From Gammaproteobacteria bacterium (GTDB lineage Bacteria > Pseudomonadota > Gammaproteobacteria > Eutrophobiales > Eutrophobiaceae), in NCBI GenBank assembly GCA_965222155.1, contig CBDCTH010000012.1, positions 2,752,001-2,816,000 on the forward strand: DNA of 64,000 nt. Reading direction: 5' to 3'. This document shows, piece by piece, positions 40,081 through 50,889 of the stretch. Positions within the stretch are counted from its first letter, which is position 1, and the number at the start of each line of letters is the position of its first letter. The translations under genes and the position numbers were made by a program. The notes under the pieces are model-generated. The model saw nothing but the letters and a program-made list of their open reading frames with translations. It did no database searches and had not been told where the DNA came from.

Positions 40081-41115
40081 TCAGGCGATTTTCAACTGAG
40101 GCATGACGTTTGTGGCAAATCGATCCAGGGAACGCATTTCCTCATCGTGTCCGATATCGCCGAACGCAGGTTGCAGCGCCAGGTAATTCACGCCGGTTAT
40201 CTCCACTTGCCGGGCCAGGGCGTCCACTACCCTGCTTGCGCTGCCGTGGACCATCATGCCGATATCTACGGCGGTTTCGAATTTGGATATGGGGCCGAGG
40301 TGGGGAGCCTCAACATTATTCTCGACCCACAATTTATGCAGTTTTATAAACCAGTCATCGTAAGCCTGGCGGGCAACCGCCTCCGCTTTCCGTTCATCTT
40401 CATTCACATAAACCAATCGCCAGGCGCCAATAAAAGGTTGTTCATGGCCTCCTGCGGGTCGCAGGGGATCATCTTTGCTGGCGTCCCACTCTGCCCGATA
40501 GTTTTCGCTGGCCTGGCGGATAACTTCAGTCGGGCCCAGGGAAATCGTATGCATGCCGCGCCGGGCTGCTTCGGCCTGGCCCGCGGGGGACATGGACGCG
40601 CTCCACAGGGGCAATGGCGATTGCTCGGCCTGCACGGCCATGGGTACGTCTTTGTATTGATAGTGTTTTCCTGTAAAGGTTAATGTTGTGCAATTCAACC
40701 CCTCAATGATCAGGTCCACACCCTCGATAAACATTTCCATGGCATCATCCGGGTCGACGCCGAAGAAAGCGACTTCGATCGGCGATACGCCGCGGCCCAA
40801 ACCCACCTCCAAGCGGCCGTTACTGAGATTATCCAACATGCAGATCTCTTCAATTAAACGTAACGGTATATAAAGAGGGACCAGGTATACCAGCGGTCCG
40901 ATGCGTATAGATGAAGTCGCCTGTGCCAGGGCGGCCAGAAATATCCCGGGAGACGGCGCGGCGCCTAGCGGTGTGCCATGATGCTCCGCCAGGTGGTATC
41001 CCCTGAAGCCAGCGGCCTCCGCCGCCTGAACAAATGTAATCCTCTCGGCGTAGGTTCTGCTCAATGGCTCCGCGCGCATATCCAGGTGATCAAAGATGCC
41101 GAATTCGATAGTCAT
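40081..41115 (-). CDS. LLM-class flavin-dependent oxidoreductase
   Basis: Motifs AEHH, PLRLIEEICMLDNLSNGRLEVGLGRG and RFATNVMP. Confidence 0.9.
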   Translation of the reverse strand: MTIEFGIFDHLDMRAEPLSRTYAERITFVQAAEAAGFRGYHLAEHHGTPLGAAPSPGIFLAALAQATSSIRIGPLVYLVPLYIPLRLIEEICMLDNLSNGRLEVGLGRGVSPIEVAFFGVDPDDAMEMFIEGVDLIIEGLNCTTLTFTGKHYQYKDVPMAVQAEQSPLPLWSASMSPAGQAEAARRGMHTISLGPTEVIRQASENYRAEWDASKDDPLRPAGGHEQPFIGAWRLVYVNEDERKAEAVARQAYDDWFIKLHKLWVENNVEAPHLGPISKFETAVDIGMMVHGSASRVVDALARQVEITGVNYLALQPAFGDIGHDEEMRSLDRFATNVMPQLKIA

Positions 41116-41283
41116 TCCTTATTGCCATATATGGATTCTTCCACCTTACAGGCCGCATTCTACCTTCTTTCTGCGGAAAAATTGCCTCACTGTCGGAATT
41201 CCGTGTATTCTTATCACCTTTTAAAATCCCGGCAAGGTTTTTTTTGATATATTCACCCATTTGCGCTATTACGAGAATAAAGC

Positions 41284-42033
41284 ATGAAAATTCTGATTCC
41301 GATAAAACGTGTCATCGATTACAATGTCCGTATCCGGGTGAAAAAAGACGGCACCGGCGTTGAAACGGCTAATGTCAAGATGTCCATGAATCCGTTCTGT
41401 GAAATTGCAGTGGAAGAGGCAGTGCGGATAACGGAAGCCGGCAACGCGGATGAGATCATTGTCGTTACTATCGGCGGCAAACAGTGCCAGGATATCCTGC
41501 GCACCGCGCTGGCAATGGGCGCCGACCGGGCCATATTGATCGAGACGGACGTGGCGGTGCAACCGCTGGCCATAGCGAAACTGCTGAAAGCGACAGTCGA
41601 ACGGGAGGAGCCGGGACTCATCATCACCGGGAAACAGGCCATTGACGACGATAACAACCAGACCGGACAGATGCTGTCAGCCCTGCTCGGCTGGCCCCAG
41701 GCCACGTTCGCATCGAATATTGAATTTACCGACGCCGGTTTAAATGTTACCCGGGAAGTGGATGGCGGCCTCGAGACAATCGCCATAAAGCTGCCCGCCG
41801 TTGTCACCACCGACCTGCGTTTAAATGAGCCGCGCTACGTCAAACTGCCCAATATCATGAAAGCCAAGAAAAAGCCGCTCGACGTGATAACCCCGGCTGA
41901 CCTGGGCATTGACGTTACCCCGAGCATAGATATCCTCAACGTGGTTGAGCCGCCGGGCCGATCGGCCGGTGTAAAGGTGGCCGATGTACACGAACTGGTT
42001 GATAAACTGCGTAATGAAGCAAAGGTGATCTGA
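41284..42033 (+). CDS. etfB: Electron transfer flavoprotein beta subunit
   Basis: Motifs [28 protein letters not shown] and RLNEPRY. Confidence 0.96.
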   Translation: MKILIPIKRVIDYNVRIRVKKDGTGVETANVKMSMNPFCEIAVEEAVRITEAGNADEIIVVTIGGKQCQDILRTALAMGADRAILIETDVAVQPLAIAKLLKATVEREEPGLIITGKQAIDDDNNQTGQMLSALLGWPQATFASNIEFTDAGLNVTREVDGGLETIAIKLPAVVTTDLRLNEPRYVKLPNIMKAKKKPLDVITPADLGIDVTPSIDILNVVEPPGRSAGVKVADVHELVDKLRNEAKVI

Positions 42034-42034
42034 C

Positions 42035-42976
42035 ATGAGTATCCTGGTTATCGCGGAACACGACAATAACGCCATCAAACCGTCCACGCTGAATACCGTC
42101 GGCGCAGCCGTACAGTTGGGCGGGGATGTGACACTGCTTGTCGCCGGCAACGACAGTGAATCGGTCGCAGAGGCCGGCGCAAAGCTCGCGGGTATAAGCA
42201 AGGTATTACATGCCGAGGCCGCGCACTATGAGCACGCGCTGGCCGAAGAGCTGGCGCCGCTGGTTGTTGCCTGCAGCGCAGGCGTAAGCCATATCCTGGC
42301 GCCGGCCAGTACTTTTGGTAAAAACCTGATGCCGCGGGTAGCGGCACTGCTTGACGTGGGTATGGTTGCGGACATTGTCAGGATTGAATCCGCCGATACG
42401 TTTGTGCGCCCGATTTATGCCGGCAACGCCCTTGCCACGGTCCGCAGCAATGACGCCATCAAGGTCATCAGCGTCCGCATGACAAATTTTGACGCAGTCG
42501 CCGCCGAGGGTGGAACAGCCGTTATCGAATCAGTCAGTATTTCTACTCCTGCCGGTCTTTCCGCTTTTGTCGGTCAGGAAAGTGTCGAATCGGAACGGCC
42601 TGAACTCACCAGCGCAAGCATTGTCATCTCCGGTGGCCGCGGTTTCGGCAGCGGTGAAAATTTCAAGCTGCTGGATGATATAGCAGACAAACTGGGCGCG
42701 GCCATCGGCGCCTCCCGGGCTGCGGTAGATGCCGGTTATGTCCCCAATGACTACCAGGTAGGCCAGACCGGCAAGATCGTCGCTCCTGACCTGTATATCG
42801 CCGTGGGAATATCCGGCGCCATACAACACTTGGCCGGGATGAAAGAAAGTAAAGTGATCGTTGCCATCAACAAGGATGAGGAAGCTCCCATCTTTGAGGT
42901 AGCCGATTACGGTTTGGTCGCGGATTTGTTCCAGGCCCTGCCGGAATTTTCCGCCGCGCTGGACAACCTCGATTAG
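42035..42976 (+). CDS. etfA: Electron transfer flavoprotein alpha subunit
   Basis: Motifs [13 protein letters not shown] and [25 protein letters not shown]. Confidence 0.96.
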   Translation: MSILVIAEHDNNAIKPSTLNTVGAAVQLGGDVTLLVAGNDSESVAEAGAKLAGISKVLHAEAAHYEHALAEELAPLVVACSAGVSHILAPASTFGKNLMPRVAALLDVGMVADIVRIESADTFVRPIYAGNALATVRSNDAIKVISVRMTNFDAVAAEGGTAVIESVSISTPAGLSAFVGQESVESERPELTSASIVISGGRGFGSGENFKLLDDIADKLGAAIGASRAAVDAGYVPNDYQVGQTGKIVAPDLYIAVGISGAIQHLAGMKESKVIVAINKDEEAPIFEVADYGLVADLFQALPEFSAALDNLD

Positions 42977-43013
42977 TCGATAACATAAACCGGGCCTGAG
43001 CAAGCCCGGGTTA

Positions 43014-43898
43014 ATGATTGCAATGGAACGTCAACACCATCCCTACCTGGCGGCAGTCTACATGTTCATGGCGACGATTTTTTTCTGCGTGGCCGACGTA
43101 ATGGGGAAGTGGTTGACGGAAGTCTACGCGGTGATACAGGTGACCTGGCTGAGACACGTCGTCGGTATAATCGTCGTGTTCAGCATCATTGTTGCTACGT
43201 CAAACCTGGGAAAACTGAAAACCAAGCGACCGATATGGCATGGTTTGCGGAGCCTGGCCAGTGCTATTATGGTACTGTCCATTTTTTATGGCCTGAAGAA
43301 CATTCCGCTGGCTGAATTTGTATCCTTGACGTTTTCAATCCCTTTCTTCGTTGCCCTGCTTTCCCCCTGGTTGTTAAAGGAAAAAGTCACGCAACAGTCC
43401 TGGGTCGCTATCACGGTCGGTTTTGTCGGCGTCCTGTTTATATTGAGACCGACCCCCGACCATTTTCATTTTGCCCACTTGACGAGCCTGACGTTAGCGT
43501 TCCTGGCCAGCCTGGTGCTTATGAGCGCAAGGTATTTATCCACGACTGAGAACAGGTGGTCACTCAATTTTTACCTGCCTGTTGCCGGCATCATCCTGTT
43601 TGGCTACTGGGCATTAAGTTACTGGGTTAACCCGACAACGACGCACTGGCTGATGTTTGCTACCCTGGGGGTATCACAGACGGCCGCGCTGGCTTGTTAT
43701 ATAGAAGCCTTACGTTTGGCGCGCCCGTCAGTTATTGCGCCGCTGGACTATATACGCCTGATCTGGACGCTCATCGTCGGCTACGTCATCTGGCAGGAAA
43801 TTCCGGATCAATATACCTGGATTGGGATCATCATCATCGTTGCCAGCGGTATCTACATCGTGAGCCACGGCTACGTGAGTAAAACGGAACATCTGTAA
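43014..43898 (+). CDS. DMT/EamA-family transporter
   Basis: About 10 TM segments; two EamA repeats (LLKEKV, IWQEIP). Confidence 0.88.
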   Translation: MIAMERQHHPYLAAVYMFMATIFFCVADVMGKWLTEVYAVIQVTWLRHVVGIIVVFSIIVATSNLGKLKTKRPIWHGLRSLASAIMVLSIFYGLKNIPLAEFVSLTFSIPFFVALLSPWLLKEKVTQQSWVAITVGFVGVLFILRPTPDHFHFAHLTSLTLAFLASLVLMSARYLSTTENRWSLNFYLPVAGIILFGYWALSYWVNPTTTHWLMFATLGVSQTAALACYIEALRLARPSVIAPLDYIRLIWTLIVGYVIWQEIPDQYTWIGIIIIVASGIYIVSHGYVSKTEHL

Positions 43899-43905
43899 TT
43901 CACCC

Positions 43906-44637
43906 GTGGTAATTACTGACCGGCGTAATATTGATGTCTGTGGTATTGCCGTTGAAGTAGTGCGGAAGAATATCAAGAATCTCTATGTGGGTGTTTACCC
44001 GCCGAATGGCCGGGTGCGGGTGAGCGCGCCGTTGAGAATCGATAAAGATGCGGTTCGGATGGCTGTCATCTCTCGCCTGGGATGGATTCGCCGGAAACAG
44101 GAAGAATTCATACGTCAGGAGCGCCAGTCTCAACGGGAGTTTATTACCGGCGAGAGGCATTACTTCGAGGGAAGACCCTATAGATTGGATGTAATCGAGC
44201 AAAACGCCCCTCCTGTTGTTCGACTGCTCGACAATTCCACAATAGTGTTAGGTGTTCGTCGAGGCGCTGATCGCAACAGGCGGGCGGATGTGTTTCAGTG
44301 CTGGTATCGCGATCAGCTCCGCGAACGCTTGCCCGCAGTTGTCGATAAATGGGAACAGAAGATCGGGGTACGGGTAAGCGAAGTTCGCATCAGGAAGATG
44401 AAGACCCGCTGGGGCACGTGCAACCGGCGCGCCCGACGCATCTGGCTGAATCTTGAACTCATGAAGAAACCCGCGTCCTGTCTCGAATACGTTGTTGTGC
44501 ATGAACTGGTCCACTTAATCGAGCGCAGACACAATAATCGGTTTCGCGACCTGATGGACAAACACATGCCCCAGTGGCGCGAACACCGGGATGAGCTTAA
44601 CCGCGCAGCGCTCGTTCACGCAAACCGGGATTATTGA
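43906..44637 (+). CDS. YgjP/DUF45 (M48/SprT-like) metallo-hydrolase
   Basis: Motifs VYPPNGRVRVSAP, MKTRWGTC and YVVVHELVHL...H. Confidence 0.88.
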   Translation: MVITDRRNIDVCGIAVEVVRKNIKNLYVGVYPPNGRVRVSAPLRIDKDAVRMAVISRLGWIRRKQEEFIRQERQSQREFITGERHYFEGRPYRLDVIEQNAPPVVRLLDNSTIVLGVRRGADRNRRADVFQCWYRDQLRERLPAVVDKWEQKIGVRVSEVRIRKMKTRWGTCNRRARRIWLNLELMKKPASCLEYVVVHELVHLIERRHNNRFRDLMDKHMPQWREHRDELNRAALVHANRDY

Positions 44638-44803
44638 CAGTAGCCCGGACCAATATATCTGGATAAGGATCATTATCGCTGGCGGCGTCCACATCGTGCG
44701 CTACGGCTACGAAAGCAAAATGGAACACCTTTAAGCCCTCCGGCCAGATTGCTTATTCCGTAAAGAAGATAAAATCAGATTATGACCTCAGAAAATGCGT
44801 AAA

Positions 44804-44850
44804 TTGCTTGAAAAATATTCTCTTTAGGCTATATTCCCTTAATGGAATAT
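44804..44850 (+). promoter_or_regulatory. TA operon promoter/operator, probably giving a leaderless mRNA
   Basis: TTGAAA (44808)-16 bp-TATATT (44830), with the ATG 6 nt later and no SD. Palindrome ATATTCC-N6-GGAATAT (44831-44850) overlaps the start. Confidence 0.6.
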
Positions 44851-45195
44851 GAGGTCGAATATACGGACGAATTCGAGGAGTGGTGGATTACGCTGGATGA
44901 GAACGTGCAGGTTTCTATTGATGCAAAAGTCAGGCTGTTAGAAGCAAGAGGCCCCAATCTACCTTTCCCCCACTCAGCCGGGATTAAAAATTCACGGTAT
45001 TCTCATATGCGGGAGTTGAGAATTCAGCACAAAGGCGACCCTTACAGAGTACTTTATGCATTCGCTCCGAGGCGTGTTGCAATACTTCTTATCGGAGGGA
45101 GTAAAGTCGGGAAAGATGATTGGTATGAAAAGTACCTGCCGTCCACCGATAATTTATATGATGAACATTTACAAGAAATAACAGGTAAAACATAA
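44842..45195 (+). CDS. RelE/HigB-like toxin (Gp49/DUF891 type)
   Basis: EFEEWW...GPNL.FPH...MRELR...YRVLYAF...LLIGGSK; toxin-first gene order. Confidence 0.88.
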   Translation: MEYEVEYTDEFEEWWITLDENVQVSIDAKVRLLEARGPNLPFPHSAGIKNSRYSHMRELRIQHKGDPYRVLYAFAPRRVAILLIGGSKVGKDDWYEKYLPSTDNLYDEHLQEITGKT

Positions 45196-45196
45196 C

Positions 45197-45508
45197 ATGG
45201 CTAAGAAATTTTCTGAATTGCGGGCGAAAATGAATCCTGCAGCGCTTGAGAAAGCAGCCGGGCTGAGTCAAATAATGCTGAAAGAAATGCCGCTTCAAGA
45301 GTTACGCCAGGCACGCGCCTTGTCCCAGGAACAATTGGCCAGGACATTAGGAATAAAACAAGCCAGTGTTTCAAAGCTGGAGCGTCGAACGGATATGTAT
45401 ATACAGACCCTGCGAAACTATATTGAGGCTATGGGAGGGCAACTGGAGGTCATAGCCAGTTTCCCCGGCGGCAAAGTTAAAATAAACCAGTTTAAAGAGG
45501 TAAGTTAA
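45197..45508 (+). CDS. XRE-family HigA-like antitoxin
   Basis: HTH LQELRQARALSQEQLA...QASVSKLERRTD..YIEAMGG. Confidence 0.9.
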   Translation: MAKKFSELRAKMNPAALEKAAGLSQIMLKEMPLQELRQARALSQEQLARTLGIKQASVSKLERRTDMYIQTLRNYIEAMGGQLEVIASFPGGKVKINQFKEVS

Positions 45509-45639
45509 GCGGCGGATACCCGTTTTTTTATCATAACGACTCCGGGAAAGGCAGAGTCACAACCATAATCAAAGCCAGAGTCAAAGATAATTTTACCCTC
45601 GAAACTACCCCCTAAGCCGGCCCCGAAGTTTGGTCCTAT

Positions 45640-45884
45640 TAACCCGGATTTCTCACCAGGTGATACGATGATTGCACTGGATTTTTTGTGTTAGTGGGTG
45701 CCTGCGACCGAAAGCATAGCCGTAGCTGCGGTTGAGGAAGCACGTGCCCACTGGCGCAAAAAAGACAAGCAATGGCGTATCAAGCGCAGTCTGTCATGTC
45801 GATATAGTGAAAAGGTTTCCATCATGCATTGACAGCAAACATGTTTCCGATAGCAACAAGCGGCCTGGTGAGAAATCCGGGTTA
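45640..45884. mobile_element. Complete 245-bp MITE with 21-bp perfect TIRs (TAACCCGGATTTCTCACCAGG)
   Basis: 45640-45660 and 45864-45884 are exact reverse complements; no coding capacity; partial copies at 12947 and 19701. Confidence 0.85.
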
Positions 45885-45891
45885 GGATAAA

Positions 45892-47439
45892 TCAGATGAT
45901 GGCCTCTATCAGGTTCGGCCCCGGTTCGGCCAGGTAAGCGGCCAGTTGCCTGTTTAATTGATCTGTGGTCGTTACGCGGCAGGCGGGTACTCCCATGCCG
46001 TTTGCCAGCTTGACCCAGTCGATTTCCGGGTTGTCGATGTCCATCATGGAACGGGCTTTGGCGCCCGGCGATCCGGCGCCGACGCGCTGGTATTCGATGT
46101 TCAGGATCCGGTATTTGCGGTTGGCAAGGACAACGGTGGTCACGTCCAATGATTCCCTAGCCTGGGTCCACAGGGCTTGCAGGGTATACATACCGCTGCC
46201 GTCCGCTTGCAGGCACAGGACCTTGCGGTCAGGACAGGCCAACGCCGCGCCGGTGGCATTGGGCAGCCCCTGGCCGATGGCGCCGCCGGTCGTGAACAGC
46301 CAGTCATGGGGTTCTGTCGTGGCGGTGGCCGGTATCAGGTTCCCCCCTGAACTGATCGCTTCCTCGGCAACGACGGCATTTTCCGGCATCAGGGCGGCAA
46401 CACTCAGGCCGATGGTTTCAGGCGTTAAATCGCCCGCAGGCAGGGGCGGTTTTTTCAACGGCATCAGGACCGGGGAGACACGGCCGGCGCCAAGCTCGTC
46501 GATCACCCTGGCCAGGGCATCGACCACGTCGGCTCCGGCTCCGGCCAGGTGATGCACCTGGCAATCCGGGGGGACCAGGTAACTGGGCAGATTCGGGTAA
46601 GCAAAAAAGCTGACCGGTGGTTTTGTGCCGGCAATGATGAGATGCCGAATGCCCGTCAGCGTCTCGATAATCGCCTCGGGAAAGTACGGCAGGCGCTCGA
46701 TATTCGCCCGCCCGGCGCCGCGGGTGATGCGCGCGGTAAACGTATGGGAAAAGACCCGGGCATTTACGTGATTGCTGATCACACCGGCCAGTCCGGCGCC
46801 CTCCTCAAGCAATGCGTGATCACCCAGCAGCAGGGCAGCCGGTTCCCGCGTACGCAGCGCCTCAGCCACCTTTTTCACCGCCTCATCAGCTACTCTGGGA
46901 CGGCTGGGCACAGGGGCTTTTTGACCGGGATCGGCGGGACAAGGGTTCCAGGAACAATCCGCAGGGATGATCAGGGTGGCAACGTGTCCCGGCGGTTGCC
47001 GGGCGGCCGTGATCGCCGCCAGCGCGTCAGCCGGGATGTCCGCGGCCGTCGCGCTTTCCTTTATCCAGGCGGAAACCGGTTTGGCATAAGCGGCGACGTC
47101 CGAAGCCAGCGGTGCATCATATTGTTTGTGGCTGGTTGCATGATCCCCGACAATATTGACAATGGGCGCCCCGGCCCGCATGGCGTTATGGAAATTGGCC
47201 AGGCCGTTTCCCAGGCCGGGGCCAAGATGCAGCAGCGTTGCCGGCAGGGAGTCAGACATCCTGGAAAACCCGTCCGCGGCCCCGGATACCACGCCCTCTG
47301 CCAGACACAACACGCAACGCATGTCGGGAACCCGGTCTGCCGCCGCGACAAACTGCATCTCCGACGTACCCGGATTGGTAAAACAAGTAGTGATATCGTT
47401 GTTGACCAGTGTTCTTAACAGACTTTCCGCGCCGTTCAT
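45892..47439 (-). CDS. TPP-dependent enzyme, acetolactate synthase large-subunit-like
   Basis: Motifs [19 protein letters not shown] and TPP motif ADGSGMY...N. Confidence 0.9.
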   Translation of the reverse strand: MNGAESLLRTLVNNDITTCFTNPGTSEMQFVAAADRVPDMRCVLCLAEGVVSGAADGFSRMSDSLPATLLHLGPGLGNGLANFHNAMRAGAPIVNIVGDHATSHKQYDAPLASDVAAYAKPVSAWIKESATAADIPADALAAITAARQPPGHVATLIIPADCSWNPCPADPGQKAPVPSRPRVADEAVKKVAEALRTREPAALLLGDHALLEEGAGLAGVISNHVNARVFSHTFTARITRGAGRANIERLPYFPEAIIETLTGIRHLIIAGTKPPVSFFAYPNLPSYLVPPDCQVHHLAGAGADVVDALARVIDELGAGRVSPVLMPLKKPPLPAGDLTPETIGLSVAALMPENAVVAEEAISSGGNLIPATATTEPHDWLFTTGGAIGQGLPNATGAALACPDRKVLCLQADGSGMYTLQALWTQARESLDVTTVVLANRKYRILNIEYQRVGAGSPGAKARSMMDIDNPEIDWVKLANGMGVPACRVTTTDQLNRQLAAYLAEPGPNLIEAII

Positions 47440-47590
47440 GATCCCGTTTCCTGATTATTATGAGCGGTTGACAGTATATCGCCGTCAGGGGATTAGTATG
47501 ATATATTATCGGATAGATATTTTAAGTGTGAAGGTATCCGCCTCTTTTCAGTACCAGTACAATCCAATTCAATCTATCAGGAGAATAACC

Positions 47591-49582
47591 ATAGCTTCCA
47601 GACGCCAACTTGCCAATGCAATCCGGGCAATGAGTATGGATGCGGTACAGCGCGCCAATTCGGGGCACCCCGGCGCGCCTATGGGCATGGCGGATATTGC
47701 CGAGGTGCTGTGGAACGATTTTTTCAGACATAACCCGACCAACCCCGGCTGGGTTGACCGGGACCGGTTCGTCATGTCCAACGGTCACGGTTCCATGTTG
47801 CTTTATTCCATCCTGCACCTGACCGGTTACGACCTGCCAATGGAGGAGTTGAAAAATTTCCGCCAGCTTCATTCGAAAACACCCGGCCATCCCGAATACG
47901 GTTATACCCCCGGCATAGAGACCACGACCGGGCCCCTGGGCCAGGGACTGGCCAATGCCGTGGGCATGGCCCTTGCCGAGCGCACCCTGGCCGCGCAATT
48001 CAACCGCACCCACATTGACATCGTCAACCATTACACCTATGCCTCCGTCGGCGACGGTTGCCTGATGGAGGGGATCTCCCATGAAGCCTGTTCGCTGGCG
48101 GGCACCTTGGGCCTGGGCAAACTCATCGTCATCTACGACAGCAATCAAATCTCCATAGACGGCGAGGTGAAAGGCTGGTTTACCGAAGACATCCCGCAAC
48201 GATTCAAAGCCTATAAATGGCATGTGATCCCCAACATTGACGGCCATGATCCGGAAGCCATCAGGCAAGCCGTCAGCAAAGCACGGGCAGCCTCCGATAA
48301 ACCGAGTATCTTATGCTGCAATACCATTATCGGCCTGGGCTCGCCCAACAAACAAGGCAAGGCTTCCAGCCACGGTGCCCCTCTGGGAGCGGATGAGGTT
48401 GCCCGGGTGCGGAAAAACATTGACTGGTCCTGGCCTGAGTTTGAAATTCCCGCGGAAATCTATCGCGGTTGGGACGCCCGGCAACGGGGGGCCCGGCTCG
48501 AAGCGGACTGGACAGAGAAGTTTTCCATTTATCAGAAACGATATCCGGAGGACGCCGCCGAGTTCCTGCGTCGGGTCGGGGGCGACCTGCCGGCAGACTG
48601 GCTGGATACCAGCCGGGCCTATATCGAAACCACTCAGCAGAAGGCGGAAACCATTGCCTCCCGCAAGGCGTCGCAAAACACCTTGAACGCCTACGGTCCG
48701 GTCTTGCCGGAACTGATTGGCGGCTCGGCGGACCTGACCGGCTCCAACCTCACTTTACGGCAGGATTCCACGGTGATTACCGATGCGGTTGCAGCCGGCA
48801 ATTACCTCTATTACGGTGTCAGGGAATTCGCCATGGCCGCCATCAATAATGGTCTGGCCCTGCACGGCGGGTTTGTTCCCTACGGCGGCACCTTCCTCAT
48901 CTTTACCGAATATGCCCGTAATGCCCTGCGTATGGCGGCGTTGATGAAACTGCGCAGTATTTTCGTCCTGACCCATGATTCAATCGGCCTGGGGGAAGAC
49001 GGTCCCACCCACCAGGCAGTGGAACAGGCCGCCACCTTGCGCCTGATCCCGAATATGTCGGTCTGGCGTCCCTGTGATGCGGTTGAAACCGCGTTCGCCT
49101 GGAAAACGGCCCTGGAAAACCGGGATAACCCCACCGCCCTGTTGCTGTCGCGCCAATCCTTACCCTGTATGGAAAGGACCGCAGAGCAGCTTGACGCCAT
49201 CGAGCGCGGCGCCTATATCCTGGTGGAGCCCGCAGGCGGGCCTGAGCTGATCATCATCGCCACCGGCTCGGAAGTCGCCATTGCCGCTGATGCCGCAAAG
49301 CAGTTAAACGCGGACGGCAGGCGCGTGCGCGTCGTATCCATGCCGGCAACGGACGTGTTTGACAGGCAACCCGAGCAATACCGCGAGCAGGTCCTGCCTG
49401 CTGCGTGCCGCCGGCGCATCGCCGTTGAAGCCGGCATACCCGATTACTGGCGCAAATACGTCGGGCTTGATGGTAACATACTGGGAGTCCCGACCTTCGG
49501 CGAGTCAGCCCCCGGCAGTGCCGTGTTCAACCATTTCGGCATCAACGTGGAGGGGCTGATCCGGCTGGTTCAAACACTTTAA
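47591..49582 (+). CDS. tkt: Transketolase, apparent ATA start codon
   Basis: Motifs [34 protein letters not shown] and [23 protein letters not shown] lies 6 nt before ATA at 47591; the ORF-track start at 47156 is spurious. Confidence 0.95.
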   Translation: MASRRQLANAIRAMSMDAVQRANSGHPGAPMGMADIAEVLWNDFFRHNPTNPGWVDRDRFVMSNGHGSMLLYSILHLTGYDLPMEELKNFRQLHSKTPGHPEYGYTPGIETTTGPLGQGLANAVGMALAERTLAAQFNRTHIDIVNHYTYASVGDGCLMEGISHEACSLAGTLGLGKLIVIYDSNQISIDGEVKGWFTEDIPQRFKAYKWHVIPNIDGHDPEAIRQAVSKARAASDKPSILCCNTIIGLGSPNKQGKASSHGAPLGADEVARVRKNIDWSWPEFEIPAEIYRGWDARQRGARLEADWTEKFSIYQKRYPEDAAEFLRRVGGDLPADWLDTSRAYIETTQQKAETIASRKASQNTLNAYGPVLPELIGGSADLTGSNLTLRQDSTVITDAVAAGNYLYYGVREFAMAAINNGLALHGGFVPYGGTFLIFTEYARNALRMAALMKLRSIFVLTHDSIGLGEDGPTHQAVEQAATLRLIPNMSVWRPCDAVETAFAWKTALENRDNPTALLLSRQSLPCMERTAEQLDAIERGAYILVEPAGGPELIIIATGSEVAIAADAAKQLNADGRRVRVVSMPATDVFDRQPEQYREQVLPAACRRRIAVEAGIPDYWRKYVGLDGNILGVPTFGESAPGSAVFNHFGINVEGLIRLVQTL

Positions 49583-49607
49583 CCATCAATACCTGGAGCT
49601 ATACATA

Positions 49608-50621
49608 ATGACTATCAACGTAGGAATCAACGGTTACGGCAGGATCGGCAGGAATATTCTACGCGCGCTGTATGAGAGCGGCCGCACCGACGAAATCCGC
49701 ATCGTTGCAGTCAACGACCTGGGGAATGCCGAGACCAATGCCCACCTGACCCGCTACGATACCGCCCACGGCAAGTTTCCCGGAACGGTTGCAGTTGACG
49801 GCGATTACATGCTGGTCAATGGCGACCGGATACGGGTCCTGTCGGAACGGGACCCGGCAAAGCTGCCCTGGGGCGAACTGGGCGTGGACGTCGTCCATGA
49901 GTCCACCGGTTTCTTCGCCAGCAAGGAAAAAGCCGGCGCACACCTGCAGGGAGGGGCAAAAAAAGTCATTATTTCCGCGCCCGGCGGCAAGGACGTGGAT
50001 GCAACCATCGTTTACGGCGTCAACCATGGCGTCCTGAAAAAAACGGACAGCGTCATCTCCAACGCCTCATGCACGACCAACTGCCTGGCCCCGGTCGTCA
50101 AGGTGCTGCATGACCACATAGGCGTGGTAAACGGCGTCATGACCACGATCCATGCCTACACCAACGATCAGGTGCTGTCCGACGTGTATCACACCGACTT
50201 GCGGCGCGCCCGTTCCGCCACCTTGTCCATGATTCCGACGAAAACCGGCGCGGCGGCGGCTGTCGGCCTGGTCCTGCCGGAATTGAACGGCAAACTGGAC
50301 GGTTACGCGGTACGCGTGCCGACCATCAACGTTTCACTGGTAGACCTGACTTTCCAGGCAGCCCGTGATACCTCGCACGAGGAAATCAACGAGATCATGC
50401 AGGCGGCGGCAGACGGCCCCCTGAACGGCATCCTGGCCTGCAACAATGCGCCGCTGGTTTCCATCGACTTTAACCATGATCCGGCGTCGGCGACCTATGA
50501 TGCCGCATTAACCAAGGTCATTGAAGGCAAAACGGTGAAGGTCGTTGCCTGGTATGACAACGAGTGGGGATTTTCCAACCGCATGCTGGATACGACGATT
50601 GCCCTGATGAATGCTGATTAA
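49608..50621 (+). CDS. gap: Glyceraldehyde-3-phosphate dehydrogenase type I
   Basis: Motifs [22 protein letters not shown] and WYDNEWGF. Confidence 0.97.
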   Translation: MTINVGINGYGRIGRNILRALYESGRTDEIRIVAVNDLGNAETNAHLTRYDTAHGKFPGTVAVDGDYMLVNGDRIRVLSERDPAKLPWGELGVDVVHESTGFFASKEKAGAHLQGGAKKVIISAPGGKDVDATIVYGVNHGVLKKTDSVISNASCTTNCLAPVVKVLHDHIGVVNGVMTTIHAYTNDQVLSDVYHTDLRRARSATLSMIPTKTGAAAAVGLVLPELNGKLDGYAVRVPTINVSLVDLTFQAARDTSHEEINEIMQAAADGPLNGILACNNAPLVSIDFNHDPASATYDAALTKVIEGKTVKVVAWYDNEWGFSNRMLDTTIALMNAD

Positions 50622-50696
50622 CATACTAACTGCCATTCCCACCAAGCATGTCCTCGAATGTTGTAATCCAGGGGCCGGAATCCCGCGCACAAGACA

Positions 50697-50875
50697 CCGT
50701 CATTCCGGCGCAAGCCGGAATCCAGTGGACAAATTATTCCTTATTACAAGGAAAGGCTATTTACTGGATTCCGGCTTGCGCCGGAATGACGGCGGAGGCT
50801 CGGGAATGACGGCGGAGGCTCGGGAATGACGGCGGAGGCTCGGGAATGACAGCGGAGGCTCGGGAATGACAGCGG
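50697..50875. repeat. REP doublet (30-bp perfect inverted repeat) followed by four tandem 20-bp units (G/A)GCGGAGGCTCGGGAATGAC
   Basis: CCGTCATTCCGGCGCAAGCCGGAATCCAGT at 50697-50726 pairs with 50763-50792; tandem units at 50791-50870. Confidence 0.9.
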
Positions 50876-50889
50876 AAACGCAATAACGG

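Noticed and set aside
44640-44710. GTAG...CTAC REP doublet or attC-like site after the YgjP gene
   Set aside because: Only about 6 bp of terminal complementarity, a single copy and no integron integrase; too weak to call.
47156-47590. 145-aa N-terminal extension of transketolase in the ORF track
   Set aside because: It overlaps the divergent TPP-enzyme gene; homology and the SD point to a start at 47591.
50791-50870. 20-bp repeats as a CRISPR array
   Set aside because: The units are directly adjacent with no unique spacers, there are no cas genes, and they derive from the REP end.
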